This document shows, one piece after another, positions 37,270 to 52,646 of a DNA stretch of 64,000 nt. Both the position numbers and the translations under genes were made by a program. Source of the stretch: Lama guanicoe. Its lineage: Eukaryota. Below the pieces are notes generated by a model. That model ran no database searches. It saw only the letters and a list, made by a program, of their open reading frames with translations, and was not told the origin of the DNA. The stretch is from assembly GCA_013239625.1 (NCBI GenBank), contig MU054129.1, positions 251,238 to 315,237 on the forward strand, given 5' to 3'. Numbering within the stretch: position 1 is the first letter of the stretch; each line of letters opens with the position of its first letter.

Positions 37270-40200
37270 AATTAAAAAAAAAATTAATTACAGTCAGTTA
37301 CAATGGGTGGGTCAATTTCTTGTGTACACTGTAATGTCCCAGCCATGCATATACATACATATATTCATTTTCATTAAATGTAATTATAAGGTATTGAATA
37401 TAGTTCCCTGTGTTATATAGGAAAAACTTTTTTCTGTTAATCTATTTTTATATTTAGTGGCTAATATTTGTAAATCTCAAACTCCCAAATTGTTCCCTTC
37501 CTACCCTCTTTCCCTGGTAACCATAAGATTGTTTACTGTGTCTGTGAGTCTGTTTCTGTTTTGTAGATGAGTACACCAGTGTCCTTTTTTTTTTTTTTAA
37601 GATTCCACATATGAGTGATATCATATGATGTTTTCTTTCTTTTTCTGTCTTACTTAGAATGATGATCTCTAGGTCCATCCATGTTGCTGCAGATGGCATT
37701 ATTTTATTCTGTTTTTATCATTGAGTAGTATTCCATTGTATAAACATACAACAACTTCTTTATCCAATAATCTTTCAGTGGTCATTTAGGTTGCTGCCAT
37801 GTCTTGGCTATTGTATATAGTGCTGCTGTGAACACTGGGGTGTATGTATCTTTTCAAATTAAAGTTCCCTCTGGACATATGCCCAACACTGGGATTGCTG
37901 GGTCATATGGTAATTCTATTTTTAGTCTTTTGGGGAATCTCCATACTGTTTTCCATAATGGCTGCACCAAACTACATTCCTACCAACAATGTAGGAGGGT
38001 TTTTTTTCTCCACACCCTCTCCAGCATTTATCTGTTATGAACTTTTGAATCATGTTCATTTGACTAGTGTGAGGTCATATATCATTGTAGTTTTGATTTG
38101 CATTTCTCTGATAATTAGTGATACTGAGCATTTGTTCATGAGCCTATTGGCCATTTGTATGTCTTCATTGGAGAATTTCTTGTTTAGGTCTTCTGCCCAT
38201 TTTTGGGTTGGGTTGTTTATTTATTTGTTATTAAGTTGTATGAGCCATTTATGTATTCTGGAAATTAAGCCCTTGTCAGTTTCATCTTTTACAAATATTT
38301 TGTCCCATTCTGTACGTTGTCATTTTGTTTTTACTTGTGGTTTCCTTTGCTGTGAAAAAGCTTATAAGTTTAATTAGGTCCCATTTGGTAATTTTTTATA
38401 TTATTTCTATTGCCTGGGTAGACTGCCATAGGAAAAACATAGCTAAGATTTATGTCAGAGAATGTTTTGCCTATGTTTTCTTCTAGGAGGTTTATCATGT
38501 CTTTTCTTATATTTAAGTCTTTAAGCCAATGTGAGCTTATTTTTGTGTATGGGGTGAAGGAGCACTCTAACTTCACTGATTTACATGCTGCTGTCCAGTT
38601 TTCCCAACATCACTTGCTGAAGAGACTAGACTGTCTTTACTCCTTTGTATGTTCTTGCCTCCTTTGTCAAAGACTGTAGGTCTGTGGGTTTATTTCTGGG
38701 TTCTCTATTCTGTTCCATTGATCCATATGTTTGTCTTTATGTCAATACCACACTGTTTTGACTACTGTATCTCTGTAGTATTGTCTGGGATTGGGAGAGT
38801 TATTCCTCCAGCTTCATTCCTTTTCTTCAGTATTGCTTTGGCGGGTCTGGATCTTTTGTGATTCCACATAAGTTTAAGTATTGTTTGGTTCTGTGAAAAA
38901 TGTCCTGGGTTTTCCCAACTATAATTTGTAATGGATCATATTAAATTGGTAGATTGCCTTGGGCCATGTGGCCATTTTAACAATATTGATTCTTCCAATC
39001 CAAGAGCATGGGATGTCTTCCATTTTGTTAAGTCATCTTTAATTCCCTTAATATTTTGTATAAGCCTCCATGTATGTCTTTCACCTCCTTGTTCAGATTA
39101 ATTCCCAAGTATTTTATTGTTTTAGATTCAATTTTGACATGGATTGCTTCTATACTTTCTTTTCATGCTAATTCATCATTAGTGTAAAGAAATGCACTGA
39201 TTTCTGTATGTTAATCTAATCTTGTGTCCTGCTATCTTGCCATACTTTTACCATCTCTAGTAGTTTTTGTGTAGAGCTTTTAGGATTTTGTATATATAGT
39301 ATCATGTCATCTGCATAAAGTGACAATTTTCATCTTCTCTCCAATTTGGATTCCTTTTCATTTCTTTTTCTTGCCTGATTGCTGTGGCTAGGACTACCAA
39401 GACTGTGCTGAATAAAAGGGGTGAGAGTGGGCATCCTTGTCTTGTTCCAGGTTTTAGTGGGAAGGCTTTCAGCTTTTCACCATTGAGTACTATGCTGGCT
39501 GTGGGTTTGTCATCAATAACTTTTATTATGTTGAAGTATGTTCCCTCTATGCCCACCTTGTTAAGAGTTTTAATAATAAATGGGTATTGAATTTTATCAA
39601 ATGATTTTTCTGCATCTATTGAGATGACCATGTGGTTTTTGCCCTTTCTTTTGTTGATGTGATGTATCATATTCATTGATTTTCTTATGATGAACCACCC
39701 TTGTATCCCTGAGATGAATCAACTTGATCGTGGTGTATGATCTTTTTAATGTACTGTTGGATTCTGTTGCTAATGTTTTGTGGAGGACTTTTACATCTAT
39801 ATTCATCAATGATATTGCCCTATAATTTTCTATCTTGGTTATGTCTTTGTCTTGTTTTGATATCAGGGTGATAGTGGCTTTATAGAATGAGTTTGAGAGT
39901 ACTCCCTCCTTTTCAATCGTTTGGAAGAGTTTGAGAAGGACTGATATGAGCTCTTCTTTGTATGTTTGGTATAATTCCCTGGTGAAGCCATTTGGACTTG
40001 GGCTTTTGTTTGTAGGGAGGCTTTTTTTAAATTGCTGATTCTACTTCATTTGTAATGATTGGTCTATTCAAGTGGTCAATTTCTTCTTAATTTAAGAGTC
40101 TCATGCTCTACCGACTGAGCTAGCCGGGCGCCGGTTCTTCTTAATTTAGTCTTCATAGACTGCATGTTTCCAGAAACTTGTCCATTTCTTCTAGGTTGTC

Positions 40201-40795
40201 CAATTTGTTTCCATATGATTGTCCATTCTCTTACTTTTTTTTTTGTATTTCTGTGGTATTGGTTGTAATTTCTCCATTTTCCTTTCTTACTTTACTTGTG
40301 TTCTTCCTCTTTTTTTCTTGGTGAGCCTGGCCAGAGGTGTGTCTTTTTTTTTTTTTTTTTTTTTTTTTTATTTTTTTACTGTTTCAAAAAAAAAGCTCTT
40401 GGTTTACTTGATTTTTTCCTACTTTTTAATCTCTATTTTATTTCCTCCCTGAACTTTACTATTTCCTTCCTTCTGATGAATTTAGGCTTTGTTTGCTTTT
40501 CTTTTTCTAATCCTTTTAGGTGGCAGGTTAGGCTGTTTACTTGAGATTATTCTTGTTTTTTGAGGAAGGTCTGTGTCACTGTGAACTTACCTCCTAGGAC
40601 TGCTTTTGCTGCATCCCATAGCTTTTGTGTGGTTGTGTTTTTATTATTGTTTGTTTCAAAGTATTTTTTGATTTCTTCTTTGATTTCATCATTGACCCAT
40701 TTTTACTAGTAGTTGTTTCATCTCCATAATGTTGTTTTAGTCCTCCTTTGCTTTTCTGTGGCTGATTTCTAGTTTCATGGCATTATGCTAGAAAA
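37270..40795 (-). mobile_element. 5'-truncated L1 (ORF2 RT region to 3' UTR)
   Basis: ORF 39302..39676 [19 protein letters not shown]...[13 protein letters not shown] (RT motifs). Confidence 0.95.
40092..40134 (-). pseudogene. Tailless retropseudogene of the tRNA-Lys(CTT) 5' half
   Basis: Minus-strand GCCCGGCTAGCTCAGTCGGTAGAGCATGAGACTCTTAA (tRNA nt 1-38, 40129-40092); 14-bp TSD TTCTTCTTAATTTA at 40081-40094 and 40135-40148. Confidence 0.93.
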
Positions 40796-40799
40796 GAAT

Positions 40800-40982
40800 G
40801 TGTTCAAATTTCTCTCCTTGGCTCTGACAGCATAACTCCAATCTTAACATGGTTTTCTTTCTGTATTCCTAGCTAATTATTTCTACAATGACCCTATTTC
40901 TAAGTATGGTCACATTCTGAGGTACTGGGAGTAATAACTTCAACACATAAATTTTAGGGGGCACAATTCAACCCATAACAGC
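40800..40982 (-). mobile_element. MaLR LTR (MLT1-like) fragment
   Basis: gtcacattctgaggtactggg...gggggcacaattcaacccataaca terminus. Confidence 0.65.
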
Positions 40983-41934
40983 AGTGTATGAATTAAAATA
41001 ATTTTCTTCATGACATCTGTTAAGATGCCTCCTGTGCACTGATGAAATACTATCATATTCTATTTGTATTTGTTAGTTTTGAATGAGCTTAGTGAACTCT
41101 GCTCTTGTAATACACACATTTCATTATATGTAAATTCAACAAAATGTATTGGGGGTACATACAAGAAAAAAAGAAAGACATGGTAAGAACTTTGAATAAA
41201 TATATATAGAACAAAATTTCTAATCTGCCTAGATCCTCAAACCTCTAGACTTAAGTACACTTTAAAGAATGTATGATAGTATTTGTGAGCCATTTACCAT
41301 CACTGGGGGTCAGTTTCTTTTAATGCATTTCAACAAACATTTACTGAGTTTCTACTCCAAGAAAGGCTGAAGGGTAATTGTGAAACAGACAAAAGAAGAT
41401 TTCCCATCGTCAAGTAATTATCTAATAGGGTTTGAAAGTCTTCAGAAAGAATGATTTCAAGGGCAATTAAAAAATACAAAAATGTTCACTAGGACAGGTT
41501 ACAAAAATCATAATCATTATAGTAGAACCTAGTATTGTGCCTGAGATATAGGGCAGAACGAACTTGTAAAAGTAAGTGTTATTACAAAGTAATTACTTGA
41601 AGGCAAAATCAGGAAAAAATGGGTGCAAACTGAGCCCCTTACTCCTGTTTGAGTCCTTCAGTACAGCAATGTATCCCAAAACTGGTGGCTCTGACATTTT
41701 AAAATAGCTGTGAGGTTGGAGGCAACACACTAAATGCTCTTGAGGCTTTTTCTGTCATATCTAGTAAAGGAGATGCTGTGAAAGAGGGATTAAACTTCCT
41801 AAGTAAACTTCTAGGTAAACTTTGTGGGCAAATGGGAATTTAAGTGCTTTCCTTTGGAGGACTTTGATCTTTAATTTGCTTTCTAGATAGTAAAGTTAAA
41901 TACACAATGACAAAAACACCAATACCTACAAAAA

Positions 41935-42150
41935 ACTGCAGTGATTAAGAGGCTTAGAATCCTGTCTCTGCCACTTACTATCTGTGATCGAGTCACTTAG
42001 TTTGTTCTTTGCCCCAACTTCTCATCTGAATATGGGAATAACTGCAGTACCTACATTAGAGTGATCCTGAGAATGACATATGTTCTTTATATAAACAAAA
42101 TTGAAATTCCTCAGGGCATAAACATTCAATGAATGTTTATTATTATTACT
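41935..42150 (+). mobile_element. MIR SINE remnant
   Basis: aatcctgtctctgccacttactatctgtga...ttctcatctg core. Confidence 0.55.
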
Positions 42151-43119
42151 TAAGGAGTCATAAAGCCCTTTTGCATGCTGTCTAGCATTTGGTGACAACT
42201 TAATATACATTGTTACAATAATATTCATTATTTTAAATTTCACTTTAATGATTATTATGATTTTAACTTCAGCACTGCCTATGAGTTCTGGTATAACAAA
42301 TATGTACTCAATAAATAAGCAAACATACACATTAGAAAAAGAAACTGAAGTTGTCAAATGGCCTGACTTGCTTTTAAAGCAAACTAACACTTTTCAAAAT
42401 AAATTTTGGACATATAATTCAGTATTCTGCAAATGACATATAGACTAATGTAAAATAAAAACATTTATTCTGGCAAACAGAAAAGATGTAGATAGACAAT
42501 TGGCAGGCAGTCAAGATCAATAACTGAAACTGGATAATCTGACATCAAACGAACCTCACTTACTATGTTTTGCTTTCACATCTCTGACATTCCTACTACT
42601 GATGCTGTTTTCAGCATTCTATTTGACTTCCTTATGGCATTTTGCTCTAAATTAAAATGTATGGGGAAAAAATGAGCCATTTTGCTACAAGTTGAATTGC
42701 TGATGTTTCCTTCCTTTGACAATTCCTGACTTGTCTCCCAGCACTATCACATATGTTCTGGTGTATTTTTCTGTGTATTGTCTCACTTTAAATGAGCTAT
42801 AATCTTTTACATCATAGTACTGATTTTGCTTTTTAAAAAGATTCTCTACTCCATTATACTTCCTGATCTATTTGTAAAATTTTGCATGAGAATTTGTCTT
42901 TTTCTTGCCACACAAACCATGTACACACACACACACACACACCCTTGAACAGAACATGAAACCCAACTCACTTGAAGGGAGAATTCACAATAGAGACCTG
43001 GAAACCACTCTATGGACAGCAGGGCTGTGAGAAAAACAGCAAGTTATCTCCCTGTGAAAAAGTACCTGTTCTGGAAGCCATCAGGGGACTTTGTCCTGGC
43101 TATCAGACTTTTTTTTATT

Positions 43120-43612
43120 TATTTTAAAGACATGTTTTTGTTTGTTTGTTTTGTTTTTAATTTCTGGTGTACAGCACAATGTGCTATACAAAAGAAACCT
43201 TTTAAAATCTATTTTTATATATAGTAGCTAACATTTGCAAATCTCAAACTCTCAAAATTTCTTTTTCTTGATTACTTCACTTAGAATGATGATCTTTAGG
43301 TCCATACACGTTGCCACAAATGGCATTATATTCTTTTTTTTTATGGCTGAGTATTATTTCATTGTATAAATATGCCACAACTTCTTTACCCAGTTATCTG
43401 TTGATGGAAATTTAGGTTGCTTCCATGTCTTGGCTATTATATATAGTGCTGCTATGAACACTGGGGTGCAGGTATCTTTTTGAATTAGAGTTCCTTCTGG
43501 ATATATACCCAGAAGTGAGATTGCTGGATCATAGGGTAAGTCTATTTTTTAGTTTTTTTGAGGAATCTCCATACTGTTTTCACCAAACTTCATTCCCACC
43601 AGCAGTGTAGGT
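43120..43612 (-). mobile_element. L1 3'-end fragment with internal deletions
   Basis: Same 3' UTR family as 21825-22450 and 37270-38000. Confidence 0.85.
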
Positions 43613-45074
43613 TTGATAGCTGTAGGCCTCGAGAAATTTTCAAAATGATTTCAGAGGCATGAAGTGTTATACAAATTTATGAAACTGCTAGTGTTAGTGA
43701 ATGGAAACACAGAATTCTCTCATGAGTATGAGATTTGAGGACCGAATAGTCTGCAGTGGAATGAGATGTCACTTACTAGCTGAATGGCTGGAATAAACTT
43801 GCCCGGCATGTTTAATTTCAGAGGTGTTGATTCCTTCTCTGTAAAATTAGGCTATTTATTTTACCTGAAAAAATTCTTGGAAGTTTAAATACTATAAAAT
43901 TCTGGCTCAGTACTTCACCCATACATGTTCCACATGTGTTATACGTGGAACATCTGTTATAGAAAAATTCTTTGCATTATTTTTCCAAAGAAGCCTATTA
44001 CAGTTTTTGTTAGAATGTCTACCTTTTTTAATTACCTTTTTTCCACTGTTTTTCACAGGGCCTGCAAGGAGAGAAAGCTGAAGAAAGTGGAGAAGTGCAC
44101 AGGGAAGAAAGGGAAAGAGAATGAACAAGAGAAGAATGATTTCTGGCACCTAAGGCACACGGAGCTGCCTGGCCTTTGGGTACAGCATGAAGACTTCTGC
44201 AGCTCTGACTTCTGAACATTTTGGAGTGGTTACTTTGCATTTAAAAGTGCAAATATGACTCATAACACAGAATTGTTTTGTGTAGCTGAATATTATGTAT
44301 GTTAGTTATTTCTCCCATTCTCTCTCCCTTGAACATTTCCATTCCTCTTCAGATGTGCTATTCTGTGCTCTTTACCTTGGAAAGGGATTGTAACACTCTG
44401 AACCATGAAAAAGGTTGGTAGGCTCTAACTTTTACTTCCAAATATTTCACATTTAGAGACCAGAGACCACAAATGTTTGGAGAAAACAAAAGGGAGAAAA
44501 AAAGACCTTTCCACAAAACTTTACTAAATATCCCCCAGTACTGTTCAGATTTTTAAAAAATAAAAGGACTTTTTTCAGTATTAGAAAAGGGACAAAAAAT
44601 GGAGAAGAGCTAATGAGAGTTTAATGGGCTTAAGAGAGGGAGCAAGAGCCTGGAGAGATTTAAGAGACTTAAGAGCTGAGAGGGTTTAGGACGTGCTTGT
44701 GGGCCCTGAGCCCTCCCTAGGTGGGCAACAAGACCCCAGCTGCACCAGGCTCTCTGAGATTCTTTTAAGCCAGTTTTAATTGTGGAAAAAAGAGACTTCT
44801 TAATTGGAATATGCATGGTCCTGGATTAAGAGGTATCTCAGTAGACACTGACCTGATAGAGCTGTTGAAGACAAGGTAGGTCCTCACATCCTGAAAAGCT
44901 TGATTCTATGTGAGCCTCCTCTCCTGGAAGATTTGAACAAAAGGAGGGAAAGGAGCTGGTAAGATTCAGTAACTGAGATAAATTTTTTGCCACCTTAGAT
45001 CAATTAGGGCTTGAAATAGAATTAAATTTCTTGTACTTCAGAGTCTGTGAACTGAGATTCATATCTGCTGATTT

Positions 45075-45580
45075 CTTTAAGTATTATAAAATATATATAA
45101 CATAAAATTTACCATTTTAACCATTTGAAGTGTATTAAGAACCTTCACAATATTATGCACCCATCACTATCATCCAACTTCAAAACTTTTGCAGTATCTC
45201 CAACTAAAATTTTGTATCCACTAAACACTAACTTTTCATTTCCACCTCCCTTTCATCCCTAGGCACCACCATTCCCCTTCCTGTCTCTGTGAATCTGAAT
45301 ACTCCAGGCACCTCATGTAAGTGGACTCATACAGCATCTGTCCTTTTGTGACTGGTTAATTTCACTTAGCATAATGTTATCAAGCTTCATCCATGTTGTA
45401 GCATTTGTCAGAAGTTCCTTTTTAAAGAAAGGAAAAGGAAAAAGGAAAGAAAATTTGTAAACATATTTATATGTATATTATTTATATACATATGTTTATA
45501 TATATATATATATATATACCACATTTTATTTATCTGTTGATAGACGCTTGTGTTGCCTCCAGTTTTTGACTATTGTGTTT
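45075..45580 (-). mobile_element. L1MB-like 3' end
   Basis: cataaaatttaccattttaacc...catccatgttgtagcat. Confidence 0.7.
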
Positions 45581-45626
45581 TGATTTTCTTAATTTATAAA
45601 GAGAAACAATAACTTTTGCCTTCCAG

Positions 45627-45628
<2 letters not shown>

Positions 45629-45664
<36 letters not shown>
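45629..45664. repeat. (GT)n microsatellite
   Basis: Direct dinucleotide run; others at ~42923, ~47533 and ~55283. Confidence 0.95.
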
Positions 45665-45666
<2 letters not shown>

Positions 45667-46599
45667 TACATTTTGTATCCCAAACAAGCACACACATTTA
45701 TTACAATGACAGAGAAAAACAAATATCAGTTTGGTAAGTGATGACTCAGGAGCCTTGAGATTCTAAAAAGCCAGGACAAATTACCCCAAAGAGCAGTGAG
45801 CAGTTTCTTTTTTAAAGACTTTTCAAAACCCCAGCCAGACAGCCCACAGCAGGCCCGTGGGAGGCCTGTGTCTCTAGCACTCTGCTGTAGTTTTTTCCTA
45901 TTTGTTTTCTCTTTGTGGTGTTTTTTAATTTATTATTGTCCTTTAGAGTCTTGGAGAGTGGGTTAAATCAGTACTCAGCTATGTTTAATTATGTTAATGG
46001 TATTGAATTTTAGTTACAAAGGTCTAATTAAGTTTCTTCAACTTTTCCCTTACAATTGTCTCTTTTATGATAATGATGATGATGATTTTTTTTAAATAAA
46101 AGGACACTTAAATTGGAATAATATTAAATATTAGCTCCTGGTTTGTTAAATAGAAGCTTTATTACACTTTCATCTCTTCACCCCTCTCTTCTTCACATTT
46201 TTAGACCTAAAGAACCAAAGAGAAGTTGAAAGCAAAATGGAAATGTGTATGTTGATTTACTTTTTGCTGATTTGATAAATAGCAAAAGGCAACATGATAG
46301 CTTAAAAAAGAAAAATCTATGGCTTAAGGCAGACGTGTGTGAAACAGAGGCACTCTGATGTGAACGCTGTCCTAGAGCTTGTTTCATTCTGCCGTGACTT
46401 GCTGGTGTTTCTTATCCACTGGATTCAGAGTATTTATAACGGGGATGTGGAAGTTACAAATGTGAATTACCAGTGTTAGGCCCTCTGTCAGGGAGTCAGT
46501 CTTACACTTCTTGCCGTCCTTGGGGCCACCTTTTCCTTTTCCTGTGACTTTGACACAAAGATCTTATTTAACCTAGCAGTAACACATTTTAATTACATT

Positions 46600-46952
46600 T
46601 GTACTATGGTCTCAATGTTTGTGTCCCCCCCAAGACTTGCATGTTGAAATCGTAACTCCTGAGGTGATGGTTTTAAGACATAGGTCTCTTAGGGAGGTGA
46701 CTTAGTCATCAGGGTGGAGTCCTCTTGAATGCAGTTCATGTCTTTATAAAAGAGGCCTGAGAAGCTCCTTGCTGCTGCCACCATGTGAGGACACTGCAAA
46801 AAGACAGCCGTCTAGGAGGTGGCTCCTCACCAGACACCAGACCTGCCAGCCTTTCATCTTAGACTCCTCAGGCTTTAACACTGTGAGAAATCATTTTCTA
46901 CTGTTTATAAGACAGTCTATGGTATTTTTAAGCAGAATGAGTGAATTGAAAT
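46600..46952 (+). mobile_element. MaLR LTR (MLT1A-like)
   Basis: tatggtctcaatgtttgtgtcccccc...ccaccatgtgaggacactgcaa. Confidence 0.7.
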
Positions 46953-49900
46953 AATTTCTAATGATTATCTTGGATAATTTTATTGAGGAAAACTCATCTG
47001 TTTTTATGACAAAATTTAAAATAAATTCTTAATACCTAAAAAGAAATAATGTTGATAGATTTTTAAATGAGTTTGGGGATAATTCACAAGTCTGAACTAT
47101 TAAGCCTTTCCTTGCAAGGATATAATCCCTCTCTTCATGTATTAAAATCTTCCTTTTTGTTCTTCAGGAGAATTTTGAGATGTAAGGTGGACTCTGTATT
47201 TCTTAAATTTAATCACTAAGTAATTTTGGTGTTGATACTGGGATTTTGTAGTTGCAGTTCCACTTAACACTGCATGCTGCTGATGTGGCCAGCACTATAC
47301 TGAGTAGCTTAACATTATTCATTTATTTAATTCTTACAAAAATACTGAAATTTAAGAACTATGTGGAAACCAATTTAAAGTCTGTGGAATTGACATTAGA
47401 TCAATTAAGGAATTTTCCCAAAGTCATGCAATAAACATATGGCAGACCTAGAATATAAAACTAATTCTGTTTCTACATCACACTATTTTTTATTATTGCA
47501 CTATTTTATTCTGCTCCCTTGATTTAAGGAAACACACACACACACACACACACACATTGTTTTTTAATTAACAGAAACAGTTTTTAGATACTGTTTAGGA
47601 CATAATTATCATGGCAGAGTTAGCCTTATAAACCTCAGGTAATTGACTATGAACCTTCCTTTCTCCATCTAACAATTGGGTACTTTGTGGTTGGGGAAGA
47701 AGAGAGTGATTTCCCTGACCATGCTTATCTAATTTATTGCCTTACCCTGGAAATTCCTACAGGTGTATGTTAAAAAATGATACTATCCAAAATGATTTAA
47801 ATATTGTACATAATTATTCATCAATCACAAATGGGGTCCCAATGTCATAAAATTTTGGAGGGAGGTCTTTTATACATTTATGTTGCTATGTTTGTCATCT
47901 GAACAGAAGGAAGGTAAGAACTGAACTCACTTTGTATTTGTAATAGTCACTTCAGTAATAAGCTGTGCAGCTCACAGAAGCCCAGCTAGCTTCAGTTTTT
48001 AAATCTCCATAATTCACAGACTGAGCTTGTAACACCGGAGCCCTCTGCAGCTGCAAGGGATAGGTAACATTTATGTTTTATTACTTGTTAGGTATCTCTG
48101 AGTTGAACTCTTATTGGCTAAAGAGACAACAAACTATTGATAGGATGATGTATCTCCTAGTGCTTTATTGAGAACCTGGAAGTGACCACATGTGAATCTG
48201 TACAAAAACAGAGTGATTTTTCCCTTTTGTAAATGTCCTACTAGTGTAAATAAAAAAGTAACTCTAAAGAACATAAGTGAATTATTTGGATCTCTGTCCC
48301 ATATTACATAAAAGCTACTGGAGTTATTGAGATAATTTGGTTCACTGCACAAGCCATCAGGAATAAAAGTTACCAAGGGCTGCCAATACATAATCAGGAT
48401 TTTTTCTTCAAATATAGAACCAATGTACTTGGGAAACAGTGTAATGCAACCATCAGTGATGCAATCATCAAATTTATACCATATATTTTGTTATTACACT
48501 TTATTATTTCACTCAGCAATAAATCCCCAACAACTGAAAAGTACTGGAAATCAACTGTGGCAAAGTTTTGTATGAGACACTGAGAAAAAATTTAATTTGA
48601 ACAGGATAGAACATTTATGCAATAAGGTAGCAAATCCCTTTAAGAGTACATATAACTTGTTAGGGATTCATGGTGGGTTAAAAGAAGGGATCAAGCACCC
48701 ATGAGCTATAATGAGCTTACAGCTCCCCCTGCCTCTCTGTTGTTTTGCTTTGTGTTTTCAGCAGAAGTGCTACTAGGAATAGAATGAGCTGTTTTACCTT
48801 GAACAGTATAGACAATAGACAGGAGCTTCCTCAAGTTGATAATATATACACAAAACCTCCAGCTAACATCTTACTAAATGATGAGAAACTTGAAACTCAT
48901 CTATGACCAGGAAGAAAGAACAATATCCCCTCTTACCACGCCTTTGCAACACCAAAATGGAGGTCGTTGTTGCAATAAGACAGAAAATAAAAGCTATTCA
49001 AGTTGGGAAGGAAGAACTAGAATTGTCTTTGCCCGGAGTTGGCTTTGATTATCTGTAAATAAAATCCCAAAGAATCAACAAAAACTTCCTGGAACTATTG
49101 AGCTGTTATAGCAAGGTTTCAGGAAACAAGGTTAATATACAGAAGCCAATTGCTTTCCTATATATCAACAAAGAATAAGTGGGATTTGAAATTAAAACAC
49201 AGTATCATTTACACCAGCATTCTTGAAAATGAAATATTCAGGCGTTACTCTAACAAAATATGTACAAGATCTGTATGAGGAAAACAACAGTGAACTCTGA
49301 TGGATAAAACAAAAGAACTGAAGAAAGAGGTGACATCACAAGGATATGGCTGAGTAAGACATATCTGTTCATGCCCCCTTACAAACAACAAAAATCTAGC
49401 ATCTATTTACAGACTAAAGTTCCTTGAGGGAGTTATGGGACCCAGCACCATATGCCATGGGACCCAGGAGGAGCCTTGCCCACCTGCACATTGCATAATA
49501 GGCTTGTAGACCTTGATCTTGGCTGTTGACCCTGAAGTGGTCCATGAACTAGCTCCAGTTCCTCCCAACCATGATCCAGGAGCCCTTGGAGAACCCTGTC
49601 TCAGACAATCACTCACACATGAAACAGCCTGTCTGGAAGTCTAGGTTTTGAATGGAGAACTTCCAGCACAGTGTCAGAACAAAAAAGTATGAGTGTGGAT
49701 GCACTGGAGATAGAAAAAATTTTTGACTTGACCCACATCAACCCTTCCCCAAGGTGGCACAGTTCAGGGCCAAGAGAGATCATTTCAGATCATAATTTCT
49801 CCTACTTCAATACTTCTTTTTCAATAATGAATAAATCATCATGACAGAAAAGTAGTAAGGAAATACTGGACTTGAACTATACTTTAGATCAAACTGACCT

Positions 49901-51311
49901 AACAGATATAAAGAGAACATTCCTTTCAACACAGGCAGAATGAGTGTTCTTGTTGAACACACACAAAACAAAACTTTCTCCAGATAGATGTTATAGTCTT
50001 TTTTTTTTACAACTCGGCCTCATTTTTTCAGTTGAAGTACAGTTGATGCCCAATATTACATAAGCTACAGGTGTACAACATAGTGACTTACAATTTGTAA
50101 AGGTTATACTCTATGGTTATTGTAAAATATTACCTGTATTTCCTGCATTATACAATATATCCTTGTAGCTTTTTTTATACATAATAGTTTGTACCATGAA
50201 TCCTCTATCCCTGTGTTGTCCTTCCCCCATCCGTGTTCCCACTGGTAACTGCTAGTTTGTTCTCTATATCTGTGAGTCTGATTCCTTCTCATGTCTTCAT
50301 CAACTTATTATATTTTCAGATTTCACAATAAGTAATATCATACAGCATTTGTATTTCTCTGTCTGACTTTCCCTTAACATAAGACCCTCCAAGTCCATCC
50401 ATGTTGTCTCAAATGGCAACATTTCATTCTTTTTTATGGCTAAGTAATATTCCATGGCATTTTCAGAGAATTAGAATAATTTTAAAATTTGTATGGAAAT
50501 GTAAATATCCTGAATAGCCAAAACAATCTTGAGAAAGAACAGAGCTGGAGGAGTCATACTGCCTGACCTCAAATTTTACTATAAAGTTACAGTAATCAAA
50601 ACAGTATAAAACTGGTACAAAAGAAGACACACAGATCAATAGAACATAATAGAGAGCCCAGAAATAAACCCACACACATACAGTCAACTAATCTTTGACA
50701 AAGGAAGCAAGAATATACAATGGAAAAAGTCTGTGGTAAGTGGTGCTGGGAAACTGGACAGCTGCCTGTAAAAGAATGATATTATAATATTCTCCTAATA
50801 CCACGTACAAAAAAAAATTTTAAGTTGAACTGGATTAAAAGCCTAAATGTAACAATATAAATCATAAAACTCCTAGAGGAAAACATAGGCAGACTATTCT
50901 TTGACATAAATCATAGCAATATTATTTGTTTCCTAAAGCAAAGGAAATAAAGGCAAAAATAAGCAAATGGGACCTAATTAAACTTAAAAGCTTTTGCACA
51001 GAAAAGATGACCACCAACAAAACCAAAGGACAATACTGAATAGGAGAAAATATTTGCAAGTGATATGACATATAAGTGGTTAATATGCAAAACATACAAG
51101 CAGCTCATACAACTCAAAATTTAAAAGACAATTTAAAAATGAGCAGAAGATATGAATAGACTTTTTTTCCCAAAGACGTGCAAAAGGCCAACAAGCACTT
51201 GAAAAGATGCTCAGCATCACTAAGCATCAGGGAAATGCAAATCCAAGCCACAATGAGGTATCATCTCACATCTGTCAGAATGGCTGTTATCAAAAAGAAC
51301 ACAAATAATGA

Positions 51312-52646
<1,335 letters not shown>

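Noticed and set aside
40092..40129. Functional tRNA-Lys gene
   Set aside because: Only nt 1-38 are present; no B box, T arm or 3' acceptor strand.
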